From: an uncultured Gemmatimonadales bacterium
GTDB taxonomy: Bacteria; Gemmatimonadota; Gemmatimonadetes; Longimicrobiales; RSA9
DNA length: 64,000 bases
Assembly: GCA_963708135.1 (NCBI GenBank)
Contig: OY970192.1
Coordinates: 5,344,001-5,408,000, forward strand
Direction: 5' to 3'
Below are positions 29,840 to 40,167 of this stretch, piece by piece. The stretch's first letter is position 1, and every line of letters begins with the position of its first letter. The notes beneath the pieces were generated by a model. That model did no database searches. It was not told the origin of the DNA and worked only from the letters and a program-made list of their open reading frames with translations. Both the position numbers and the translations under genes were made by a program.

Positions 29840-32560
29840 CTAGCGTCCCACCCAGTACGTCGCCTTGATCTGGAACACGTTCGTGGGCCGGTCGCGGAAC
29901 ATCGCCGCGCGCGCCTGGTCGAGGCCGAGCGAGCCCGACGGATCGGTGCCGGCGCGCTCCTGCGTCCAGACCAGGAAGAGGGTCGAGCCGGGGCGGTACT
30001 GCCAGCGCAGCACGGCGGTCCCGCGCAGCGACGTCGTCGTGAAGTCCGGGTTGTCGAAGGTGAATGCCTGCGCGGGGCCGGTCCCCCCGTCCGGGTCGAC
30101 GCGGTAGTCGGCCGTCGCGCTGTCGTACGCGATGCTGCCGCTGTCCTGGCCGTAGACGCGCTTGTCCAGCGTGCGCGGCCGGGCGAACTCGCGGAAGGAG
30201 GTGTAGCGCCCGCTGGCGACGAACGGCTGCGCGTAGAGCTGCAGCGTGAGGTCGGGCGAGACGGTCCAGTTCAGGCGGGTGTCGAGCGAGACGGTCCTCG
30301 TGCGGATGTAGGCGAAGACGTAGCGCTCGCCGTAGAACGACGTCGCCGTCGGGTCGGTCACGGCGGTCACGAACTGCGCGTCGTTCTCGTCCGACCGGTA
30401 GCTGGGCGAGATCTGCAGGAACAGGCTCGCGGCAGGCTTGAGCGCGACGCCGGGGCTGAAGGTGAAGGCGTGCGTCGGCGCGCCCACTCCGGCCGAGGCA
30501 TCCACGCGGAAGTCGAACACGGCGGGGGCGCGCGGGTCGGTCGAGATCTCGAGGCTGCCGAGGTCGTAGCCCGCGCGCCGGACCACGGGCCCGCCGCGCG
30601 TGAGCTGGTCGTCGAAGGAGGGCAGGTTGTGGATGCCCATGAGCCGCAGGTTCCAGTAGTTGGGCAGCTCGATGGCACCGAAGGCCTGCAGCTGGGCCCA
30701 GGTCCGGTCACCCTCGAAGTCGTACTGGGTGGCGCCGCCGAAGCTCGTGAAGATGTTGCGGTACCAGCTGGTGGGCGTGGTCCAGCTGCCTCCGACGTTG
30801 CCGTTGAGCCAGGCGTAGTCGGCGCGCGACAGGAAGGCCAGGTCGTTCACCTCGAAGCCCGGGCTGCGCACGTTCGCCATGGCCTCCCACAGCAGCGTGC
30901 CGTTGTCCTTCCCCACGCGCGTGAACAGGCCGTAGCCGCGCAGCGACGTCGCGGCCGTGTCGTAGCGCGCGGAGAACAGGCCGTCGCCCGACAGGTGCCG
31001 GCCCGGCCGCTGGAAGTAGTGGGCGCTGGAGCGCTCGGTCGCGGCGATGGCCGCGGGCGATCCTGCCACGTCGGAGAACAGCAGGCCGCCCATCCAGGAG
31101 TACTCCCGGTCACTCCAGGCGTGGCGCCAGTCGATGCCGGCGGCCTCGCCGTGGCTGCGCAGGCGGTCGCCCACGATGCTGTCCGGCACCTGCCGGACCA
31201 CGGATGTGAGGATGCCGCCCAGGGTGCTGGCTCCCGCGCGGAAATCCTTCTTCGCACGGCCGACGAAGTAGTTGGTGAGCGGCTCCACGACCTGCGTGGC
31301 GGGAGGCGCGCCCACGACCCCCAGATAGCGGGCGGTCTCCTGCGCCGTGACCGCGTCCAGCACGCCCACCGTGTAGCCGCCCTGCGTGCGGCCCGCGATC
31401 TTCGCGGCGCCGAGGATGGAGGTGGTCTCGGGCATGTCGGCGTATTCCGCGTGGTTGCCCACCCAGTCGTCCAGCTGCGGCGGCCGGCCGATGCGCCGCG
31501 AGTAGAACGCGCTCAGGCTGGAGGAGTTGCTGCAGAACATGCAGCGCATGCCGCCGAAGCTGAACGCGCTCGCGCCGGCGATGAAGAAGGGGCGCTTCTC
31601 CTCGTAGTAGGTCTCGAAGGCGCTCAGGTTGAGCGACGCCGGGTCCACCTCCACCTGCCCGAAGTCCGGGTTCAACGTGGCGTTCAGCGTCAGGTTCGAG
31701 GTGAGCAGCACCTTGATGTCGCCGCCCGCGGAGAGGCGAGTGGCGCGGCCGTCGTGGTAGGGGTCGCCGGGCGTGGCGTGGTCGAAGGTGCCGCCCGTGA
31801 CGGCGTACGGCAGCAGCTCGAGCTGCCGCGGCTGGGGCGGGATCTCCAGGCCGTCCAGCCGGCCGTAGAACGCCGGTCCGCCGGGCGAGTTCTGTCGCCA
31901 GAACGACCACATGTCGTGCTCGTTCAGCCGATCGATGTAGCGCCAGATCTGCAGCCCCCAGGTCTGCACGGAGTCGCGCGAGAAGCGCAGCTGGCTGAAG
32001 GGGATGCGAATCTCCGCGGTCCAGCCGAGCGAGTCCGCCCGCGCCGCCGCCTCCCAGACCGGGTCCCAGGAGGGATCTCCGTCGAGCTGGTCGCCCTTTA
32101 CTCCGGCCGGGTTCACCTCGAAGCGCGCGTCGTCCAGATGGTTGTGGTAGGGATCCAGGTCGATGACCAGCTTGTCGGTGGTGAGCGAGTTGAACGAGCC
32201 GTTGTCGCCGCTCGCGTCCAGCAGCTGGTCCCGCCGCGCCAGCGGCGCGACTACGCCGCCCGGCTGCCGCATGCGCGCGCCAATGTAGAGCGCGTGCGCG
32301 TCGTACAGGATCCGTACCTCCGTCGCGAGCGACGCCGGGGCGCCCTCCTCCGGCTGGTACTGCCGGAATCCCGTGATCGCCTCCGCCGTCCGCCATGCCG
32401 TCTCGTCGAGCAGGCCGTCGATGGCGATCGGACCGTTCCGCTGCGACGCGGCCGCCGCGGGCGTCGCCACCCCGTGTCGCTGCATCGCGCCCTGCGCGCG
32501 CACGGGCCCTGCGCGCAGGGCGAGGAGCAGGAGGGGAAGCAGAGGCCGCGCGTACCGCAT
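29840..32560 (-). CDS. DUF5916 / CBM9-like outer-membrane protein
   Basis: IDGLLDE, WTAEIRIPFSQLRF, NPDFGQVEVD, EKRPFF, FYSRRIG, LRWQYRPGS. Confidence 0.85.
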   Translation of the reverse strand: MRYARPLLPLLLLALRAGPVRAQGAMQRHGVATPAAAASQRNGPIAIDGLLDETAWRTAEAITGFRQYQPEEGAPASLATEVRILYDAHALYIGARMRQPGGVVAPLARRDQLLDASGDNGSFNSLTTDKLVIDLDPYHNHLDDARFEVNPAGVKGDQLDGDPSWDPVWEAAARADSLGWTAEIRIPFSQLRFSRDSVQTWGLQIWRYIDRLNEHDMWSFWRQNSPGGPAFYGRLDGLEIPPQPRQLELLPYAVTGGTFDHATPGDPYHDGRATRLSAGGDIKVLLTSNLTLNATLNPDFGQVEVDPASLNLSAFETYYEEKRPFFIAGASAFSFGGMRCMFCSNSSSLSAFYSRRIGRPPQLDDWVGNHAEYADMPETTSILGAAKIAGRTQGGYTVGVLDAVTAQETARYLGVVGAPPATQVVEPLTNYFVGRAKKDFRAGASTLGGILTSVVRQVPDSIVGDRLRSHGEAAGIDWRHAWSDREYSWMGGLLFSDVAGSPAAIAATERSSAHYFQRPGRHLSGDGLFSARYDTAATSLRGYGLFTRVGKDNGTLLWEAMANVRSPGFEVNDLAFLSRADYAWLNGNVGGSWTTPTSWYRNIFTSFGGATQYDFEGDRTWAQLQAFGAIELPNYWNLRLMGIHNLPSFDDQLTRGGPVVRRAGYDLGSLEISTDPRAPAVFDFRVDASAGVGAPTHAFTFSPGVALKPAASLFLQISPSYRSDENDAQFVTAVTDPTATSFYGERYVFAYIRTRTVSLDTRLNWTVSPDLTLQLYAQPFVASGRYTSFREFARPRTLDKRVYGQDSGSIAYDSATADYRVDPDGGTGPAQAFTFDNPDFTTTSLRGTAVLRWQYRPGSTLFLVWTQERAGTDPSGSLGLDQARAAMFRDRPTNVFQIKATYWVGR

Positions 32561-32674
32561 GGCGGCGCTGGAGTGGCGGCAACGTCAATGCGCGTGAGCG
32601 GCAGGATCCGGGCTGAGCTCGAGCAACGGCGTGGGCTTCATGCAATGCAGTCCTGACGAGGGTGCGAGTCCCGG

Positions 32675-33154
32675 GTGTCAGGACGTTGGATGGAACGACT
32701 GCCGACTTGGTTGCAGCGACCGGGGAGACTACCGCGCGGACCCCAAGGAGTTCGCCCGCAGCCACTCCTTCTATCCGGCCAATGCCGCCACCGGGTACCA
32801 GGTCCCCCAGCAGAATCCCACCATCCACCACTGTGGCACCGCCGGGGCGGCGGTCAGGCTCCCACGGTCGGCGAGTGCAACCAATTCTTCCGCGACCTCG
32901 TCAAAGAGATCAACCGGCTGGGACTGGGACGCCAGGGCGCCGTGCAGGCCCAGGTGCGCAGCGATCAGTACATGAGCAGCGCCGCCGTCCAGCAGCTCGA
33001 ACACAGCCCCTTCAAGACGACCCAGCAGCAGACCACCTACAAGCCGGCAGGAGCGGCGAGAGCGGTCGCCAAGCCGATCGAGCTGACGCGCGTCTTTCCC
33101 GGCGGCGGGGTCGCCAAGGCCACCACCACCTGGCGCCAGATCCAGGGGATCTAG
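32675..33154 (+). pseudogene. Degenerate hypothetical coding fragment
   Basis: The 3' half is coding-like (ECNQFFRDLVKEINRL..), but the 5' coding-like segment lies in a different frame. Confidence 0.3.
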
Positions 33155-33160
33155 CTTTCC

Positions 33161-33203
33161 CAAACAAGAATGGCCCCAACGCGCACAAGCGCCGTTGGGG
33201 CCA
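33161..33203 (-). terminator. Intrinsic terminator at the end of the tRNA array
   Basis: tggccccaacg..cgttggggcca hairpin followed by TTCTTGTTT on the minus strand. Confidence 0.75.
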
Positions 33204-33229
33204 TGATTTGCCCGGGTCGGAATCGACAG

Positions 33230-33313
33230 CGGAGGCGGAGGGACTCGAACCCCCAAGGGCTTGCGCCCGCCGCATTTCGAGTGCGGTGCCTTACCAGTTA
33301 GGACTACGCCTCC
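33230..33313 (-). tRNA. tRNA-Ser(CGA)
   Basis: CCGCA-CT CGA AA-TGCGG; variable arm. Confidence 0.92.
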
Positions 33314-33371
33314 AGGGGCTCGCGGCGGGCGACGAGGGCGCGGCCGCCTTCGTCGCCGTCCATGGTTTCAG

Positions 33372-33445
33372 TCGGGGAGACAGGATTTGAACCTGCGACC
33401 CCTGCGTCCCGAACGCAGTGCTCTACCGGGCTGAGCTACTCCCCG
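33372..33445 (-). tRNA. tRNA-Pro(CGG)
   Basis: CTGCG-TT CGG GA-CGCAG. Confidence 0.95.
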
Positions 33446-33488
33446 AAACCTGTGCTGCCTGCGGCGGGTCGGGAGCCCGCCGATCCAG

Positions 33489-33573
33489 CGGACGGGGTGG
33501 GATTCGAACCCACGAGGGCTCTCGCCCCACACGATTTCCAATCGTGCTCCTTAAGCCGCTCGGACACCCGTCC
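33489..33573 (-). tRNA. tRNA-Ser(GGA)
   Basis: CACGA-TT GGA AA-TCGTG; variable arm. Confidence 0.95.
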
Positions 33574-33629
33574 CGAACCCATCCCCGGCGCGTCGTCCGC
33601 CGCGTGGGCGGCGCCCGCTCCGGGCCGAA

Positions 33630-33715
33630 CGGAGAGGGTGGGATTCGAACCCACGCGGGCCTTTCGGGCCCGACGGTTTAGCAAACCGTTGCCGTAACCA
33701 CTTGGCTACCTCTCC
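33630..33715 (-). tRNA. tRNA-Ser(GCT)
   Basis: ACGGT-TT GCT AA-ACCGT; variable arm. Confidence 0.95.
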
Positions 33716-33780
33716 AAACCGTCGCTCTCCACGCCGCGGCGCGAGGCCCCGACGCGTGCTTCCTGGTGGACCGCATCCAC

Positions 33781-33948
33781 CTAGTGGACCGTATCCGAAG
33801 TAGCAATGGCATTCGCCGGCGGATCGGACGCGACCCGCCGCGTTGCTCGTCGTCGAAATAGCGCTGCTATTCCTTCCTCCTCGCGCCTTGCGCTTCGCGC
33901 CCGCTCCGCCGGCTCGGTGCTCACCGAACTTCAGATACGGTCCACTAG
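33781..33948. mobile_element. 168-bp MITE-like element
   Basis: 21-bp terminal inverted repeats (20/21 match) ctagtggaccgtatc(c/t)gaagt with CTAG at both ends; no ORF. Confidence 0.7.
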
Positions 33949-34021
33949 TTGCCCCTCCTGGGTTCGAACCAGGACTCTCCTGATCCAGAGTCAGGCGTGT
34001 TGCCAATTACACCAAGGGGCA
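33949..34021 (-). tRNA. tRNA-Gln(CTG)
   Basis: CCTGA-CT CTG GA-TCAGG. Confidence 0.95.
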
Positions 34022-34262
34022 GTCTCGCCCATCCGGCGCAGCCAGAGATTCGGATGAGCCCATCATCTTCCTGGTACGAGCGCGACGCACAGCGATGCGG
34101 CGCGCCTTTCACAGCCCAGCGAGACCCACCTGGCCGGGCACGATGCCGCCGATCCTGCGAGCAGCCCCGGACCTGGCGGGGGCCCTCTCCGGGCGCCATT
34201 CGAGCGCAACGCACAGCGATGCGGCGCGGCTCTTACACCCCTGCGAGACCCACCTGGCCGGG
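34022..34262. repeat. tRNA-linked repeat cluster 1 (one full 104-bp unit plus a partial copy)
   Basis: gtctcgc..ttcctggtacgagcgcgacgcacagcgatgcggcgcgcc..gcgagac at 34022-34125; partial copy at 34201-34262. Confidence 0.85.
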
Positions 34263-34371
34263 GGCCATCGCGTGCACTCGCAAGCGGGCCCGGGTTCGGC
34301 AAGCGGACAGGCGTCCCGGGAACCGCGTCCGGGTCGCGCACACGCACTGCACACAGGATGCCGCGATAAAG

Positions 34372-34444
34372 AGCGGGAGACGGGGCTCGAACCCGCGACC
34401 CTCAGCTTGGGAAGCTGATGCTCTACCAACTGAGCTACTCCCGC
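34372..34444 (-). tRNA. tRNA-Gly(CCC)
   Basis: TCAGC-TT CCC AA-GCTGA. Confidence 0.95.
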
Positions 34445-34449
34445 CGGAG

Positions 34450-34521
34450 AGCCACCGGTCGGACTTGAACCGACGACCGCTCGATTACGAATCGAGTGCT
34501 CTACCACTGAGCTACGGTGGC
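34450..34521 (-). tRNA. tRNA-Thr(CGT)
   Basis: CTCGA-TT CGT AA-TCGAG. Confidence 0.95.
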
Positions 34522-34528
34522 GGACCGA

Positions 34529-34602
<74 letters not shown>

Positions 34603-34639
34603 GGACCGTCTCTCTTCTTTCCGCTGCCGCGGCGCGGCA

Positions 34640-34713
<74 letters not shown>

Positions 34714-34749
34714 GGTCCTCTCTCGCTCGCCCCGCCAGGCGGCGGCCAG

Positions 34750-34833
34750 TGGTGGGGGTAGGATTCGAACCTACGTAGGCCTGAGGCCAGCAGATTTACA
34801 GTCTGCCCCATTTAGCCACTTTGGTACCCCACC
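34750..34833 (-). tRNA. tRNA-Tyr(GTA)
   Basis: GCAGA-CT GTA AA-TCTGC; variable arm. Confidence 0.95.
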
Positions 34834-34836
34834 GCA

Positions 34837-34910
34837 CGCGCCCGTGAGGACTCGAACCTCAAGCCTTCTGATCCGTAGTCAGATGCTCTATCCAATTGAG
34901 CTACGGGCGC
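34837..34910 (-). tRNA. tRNA-Arg(ACG)
   Basis: TCTGA-CT ACG GA-TCAGA. Confidence 0.95.
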
Positions 34911-34952
34911 CCGATCGCGTCCGTCTGCTGTCCCGGGACGCTTCCCCTCCGA

Positions 34953-35036
34953 TGCCCACGACAGGACTCGAACCTGTACGCCGTTGCCGGCACTGGTCCC
35001 TCAAACCAGCCTGTCTACCAATTCCAGCACGTGGGC
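34953..35036 (-). tRNA. tRNA-Leu(GAG)
   Basis: CTGGT-TT GAG GG-ACCAG; variable arm. Confidence 0.95.
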
Positions 35037-35039
35037 CGC

Positions 35040-35377
35040 GTCTCACCCACCCGGCGCAGCCAGCTGCCGGGATGAGCCAGACATCTTCCTGGTACGAGCG
35101 CGACGCACAGCGATGCGGCGCGCCCTTCCCCTGCAAGTGAGACCCGCTCTTCCCGGCGCCAGGCTCCTGAACAACCCGTTCAGCCAGCTGCCGGGATGAG
35201 CCAGACATCTTCCTGGTACGAGCGCGACGCACAGCAATGCGGCGCGCCCTTCCCCTGCAAGTGAGACCCGCTCTTCCCGGCGCCAGGCTCCTGAACAACC
35301 CGTTCAGCCAGCTGCCGGGATGAGCCAGACATCTTCCTGGTACGAGCGCGACGCACAGCAATGCGGCGCGCCCTTCC
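35040..35377. repeat. tRNA-linked repeat cluster 2 (124-bp tandem period, about 2.6 copies)
   Basis: Units start at 35057, 35181 and 35305; the first full unit gtctcac..gtgagac spans 35040-35143. Confidence 0.9.
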
Positions 35378-35384
35378 TCAAGAA

Positions 35385-35469
<85 letters not shown>

Positions 35470-35613
35470 GTAGTCCCGGGCCGGCAGATCGCTGCAGGCC
35501 GGGGTTGTCTCACCTTCGCGTCACGGACGCGTCCAGCAATGGCCCCCTGCGCCTGGGCCGGGGACGTGACGCGCACCCTGGGCTTCGCGGCGCCAGGAAA
35601 GGTGAGACGAGGA

Positions 35614-35686
35614 TGGAGCTGAGGGGAGTCGAACCCCTGACCTCCTGAATGCCATTCAGGCGCTCTCCCAACTGAGCTACAGCCCC
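35614..35686 (-). tRNA. tRNA-Ala(GGC)
   Basis: CCTGA-AT GGC AT-TCAGG. Confidence 0.95.
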
Positions 35687-35724
35687 ACGGTGGAACGGCC
35701 GTGCCGTTCCGGGATTCCGACCCG

Positions 35725-35754
35725 AGTTGTCAAGCAGCATCGCCGCGCGCGGCG
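35725..35754 (-). promoter_or_regulatory. boxB-like hairpin plus boxA-like antitermination motif
   Basis: Minus strand CGCCG-CGCG-CGGCG then TGCTGCTTGACAACT, resembling rrn boxA (TGCTCTTTAACA). Confidence 0.4.
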
Positions 35755-35777
35755 GCCGTACCTCTCACTTCGCTCAG

Positions 35778-35851
35778 CGGGGCTGACGGGACTTGAACCC
35801 GCGACCTCCGGTGTGACAGACCGGCACTCTAACCAGCTGAGCTACAGCCCC
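35778..35851 (-). tRNA. tRNA-Asp(GTC)
   Basis: CCGGT-CT GTC AC-ACCGG. Confidence 0.95.
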
Positions 35852-35875
35852 CTGAATCCTCTTCCTTCCCTCCAG

Positions 35876-35948
35876 AGCGGGCGACCGGACTCGAACCGGC
35901 GACCTTCTGCATGGCAAGCAGACGCTCTACCAACTGAGCTACGCCCGC
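35876..35948 (-). tRNA. tRNA-Gly(GCC)
   Basis: TCTGC-TT GCC AT-GCAGA. Confidence 0.95.
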
Positions 35949-35966
35949 GCTCTCTCGTCTCCCCAG

Positions 35967-36038
35967 TAGCCCCACGGGGAATCGAACCCCGGTTTCCACC
36001 TTGAAAGGGTGGCGTCCTGACCGTTAGACGATGGGGCC
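35967..36038 (-). tRNA. tRNA-Glu(TTC)
   Basis: CCACC-CT TTC AA-GGTGG. Confidence 0.95.
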
Positions 36039-36045
36039 CGCACGA

Positions 36046-36120
<75 letters not shown>

Positions 36121-36178
36121 CGTGTCTGTCGGCCTCGACCCCTCTTCGTCCCGGGGCCTCGCCCCGCCTTCCCTGCAA

Positions 36179-36251
36179 TACCCCCACGGGGAATCGAACC
36201 CCGGTTTTCTGGCTGAGAACCAGATGTCCTAGGCCACTAGACGATGGGGGC
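36179..36251 (-). tRNA. tRNA-Glu(CTC)
   Basis: TCTGG-TT CTC AG-CCAGA. Confidence 0.95.
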
Positions 36252-36511
36252 GTCTCGCCCATCCGGTGCAACCTCGCGCCGGCCGAACCCATGTCCTTCC
36301 TGGTACACGCGCGACGCACGGCGATCGTCTCGCCCATCCGGCGCAGCGCGCCGCCAGACCAAGCTGAACTTCTTCCTGGTACGCGCGCGACGCACAGCGA
36401 TCGTCTCGCCCATCCGGCGCAGCGCGCCGCCAGACCAAGCTGAACTTCTTCCTGGTACGCGCGCGACGCACAGCGATGCGGCGCGCCCTTCAAGACCGGC
36501 GAGACCCACCT
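36252..36511. repeat. tRNA-linked repeat cluster 3 (~76-bp tandem period, ending in a full 103-bp unit)
   Basis: Cores near 36295, 36371 and 36447; full unit gtctcgc..gcgagac at 36403-36505. Confidence 0.9.
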
Positions 36512-36547
36512 CGCTGGCATCCTCACATCCCCAATCCTCCTCCTCCA

Positions 36548-36620
36548 CAGGCCCGGAGGGACTTGAACCCCCAACCGCCGGTTTTGGAGACCGGTGCTCT
36601 ACCAGTTGAGCTACGGACCT
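36548..36620 (-). tRNA. tRNA-Trp(CCA)
   Basis: CCGGT-CT CCA AA-ACCGG. Confidence 0.95.
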
Positions 36621-36671
36621 AGAACCTCGGGGCATCGGCCGCGGAGCCGGGCTCGCGCGGGACGACGCACA

Positions 36672-36744
36672 TGGCCAGGGACGGGATCGAACCGCCGACA
36701 CCGTGATTTTCAGTCACGTGCTCTACCAACTGAGCTACCTGGCC
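36672..36744 (-). tRNA. tRNA-Phe(GAA)
   Basis: CGTGA-CT GAA AA-TCACG. Confidence 0.95.
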
Positions 36745-36770
36745 GGGCCGCGGCTCGGCTTCCGCCGACG

Positions 36771-36799
36771 AAAAACCCGCGCGGCGACGGCGGCGCGGG
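36771..36799 (-). terminator. Intrinsic terminator (candidate attenuator) inside the tRNA operon
   Basis: CCCGCGC-CGCCGTCGCC-GCGCGGG-TTTTT on the minus strand. Confidence 0.7.
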
Positions 36800-36834
36800 C
36801 GGGCGGGGAAGCGAGCGCGAACAGCGTTGACGCG

Positions 36835-36945
36835 CTAGGCTCCTCCCGCGGCGCTCGCCGCGTACGGCCAAGAGTCTACGTCCGCCCCGGCGCGCGGCGC
36901 ACCAGAGCGCGAGCGGACTCGCGCGAGCGGACGTGGAGCCTTCAT
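36835..36945 (-). CDS. Putative 36-aa leader peptide MKAPRPLARVRSRSGAPRAGADVDSWPYAASAAGGA
   Basis: AGGAGG 5 nt before the ATG; stop about 35 nt before a terminator hairpin. Confidence 0.55.
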   Translation of the reverse strand: MKAPRPLARVRSRSGAPRAGADVDSWPYAASAAGGA

Positions 36946-36992
36946 GCTCTCCTCCTGGACCGCGTGCCCCGGACGGGTCCGGAGCGGGAAAA

Positions 36993-37066
36993 TAGCGGGG
37001 GCGGGATTTGAACCCGCGACCTCCGGGTTATGAGCCCGGCGAGCTACCAGACTGCTCCACCCCGCG
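36993..37066 (-). tRNA. Initiator tRNA-fMet(CAT)
   Basis: C1:U72 mismatch; three G:C pairs in the anticodon stem; CT CAT AA loop. Confidence 0.95.
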
Positions 37067-37084
37067 TCAGTGTTCAGGCAGAGA

Positions 37085-37113
37085 AGTATAGCGGCGGTCG
37101 GGGGGTGTGTCAA
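37085..37113 (-). promoter_or_regulatory. Near-consensus sigma70 promoter of the tRNA array
   Basis: TTGACA (37113-37108), 17 bp, TATACT (37090-37085). Confidence 0.85.
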
Positions 37114-37247
37114 CCCGATCGAACGGGTCGCGGAGAGGCGCGATTCTTGGCGGTACGACGCGAAAAAAGCGGTGGGCCGGGCGCGAGCGAAGCGAGACCC
37201 GGATGGCGCCGGGAAGCGGCTTGCGCGCGGGGGCCACGGGTGCTCCT

Positions 37248-37337
37248 GTGGGGTTGGGGTTGTGGTTGTGGTTTTGGTTTTGGTTTTGGTTCAGGGGGTG
37301 GTGGGGTGGGAACCAAAACTCCAACCAGAACCACAAC
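37248..37337. repeat. GGTT(T/G)T hexamer run with an inverted partner
   Basis: gttgtggttttggtt.. can pair with ..aaccagaaccacaac. Confidence 0.65.
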
Positions 37338-37367
37338 GGAGCTGAACTCATCGGAAGGGCGGACGGC

Positions 37368-40139
<2,772 letters not shown>

Positions 40140-40167
40140 GCCGCGGCGGTGGGGGGACGCGGCGGGC

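Noticed and set aside
33781..33948. Long hairpin as 6S RNA
   Set aside because: Near-perfect TIRs ending in CTAG fit a MITE better, and I could not identify the 6S central bubble. An Rfam search would settle it.
34060..34110. Repeat core as a hammerhead ribozyme or group II intron domain V
   Set aside because: CUGANGA/GAAA and the domain V catalytic hairpin pattern are absent on both strands.
35728..35733. TTGACA as an internal promoter of the tRNA array
   Set aside because: No -10 element at 16-18 bp spacing; the context fits boxA better.
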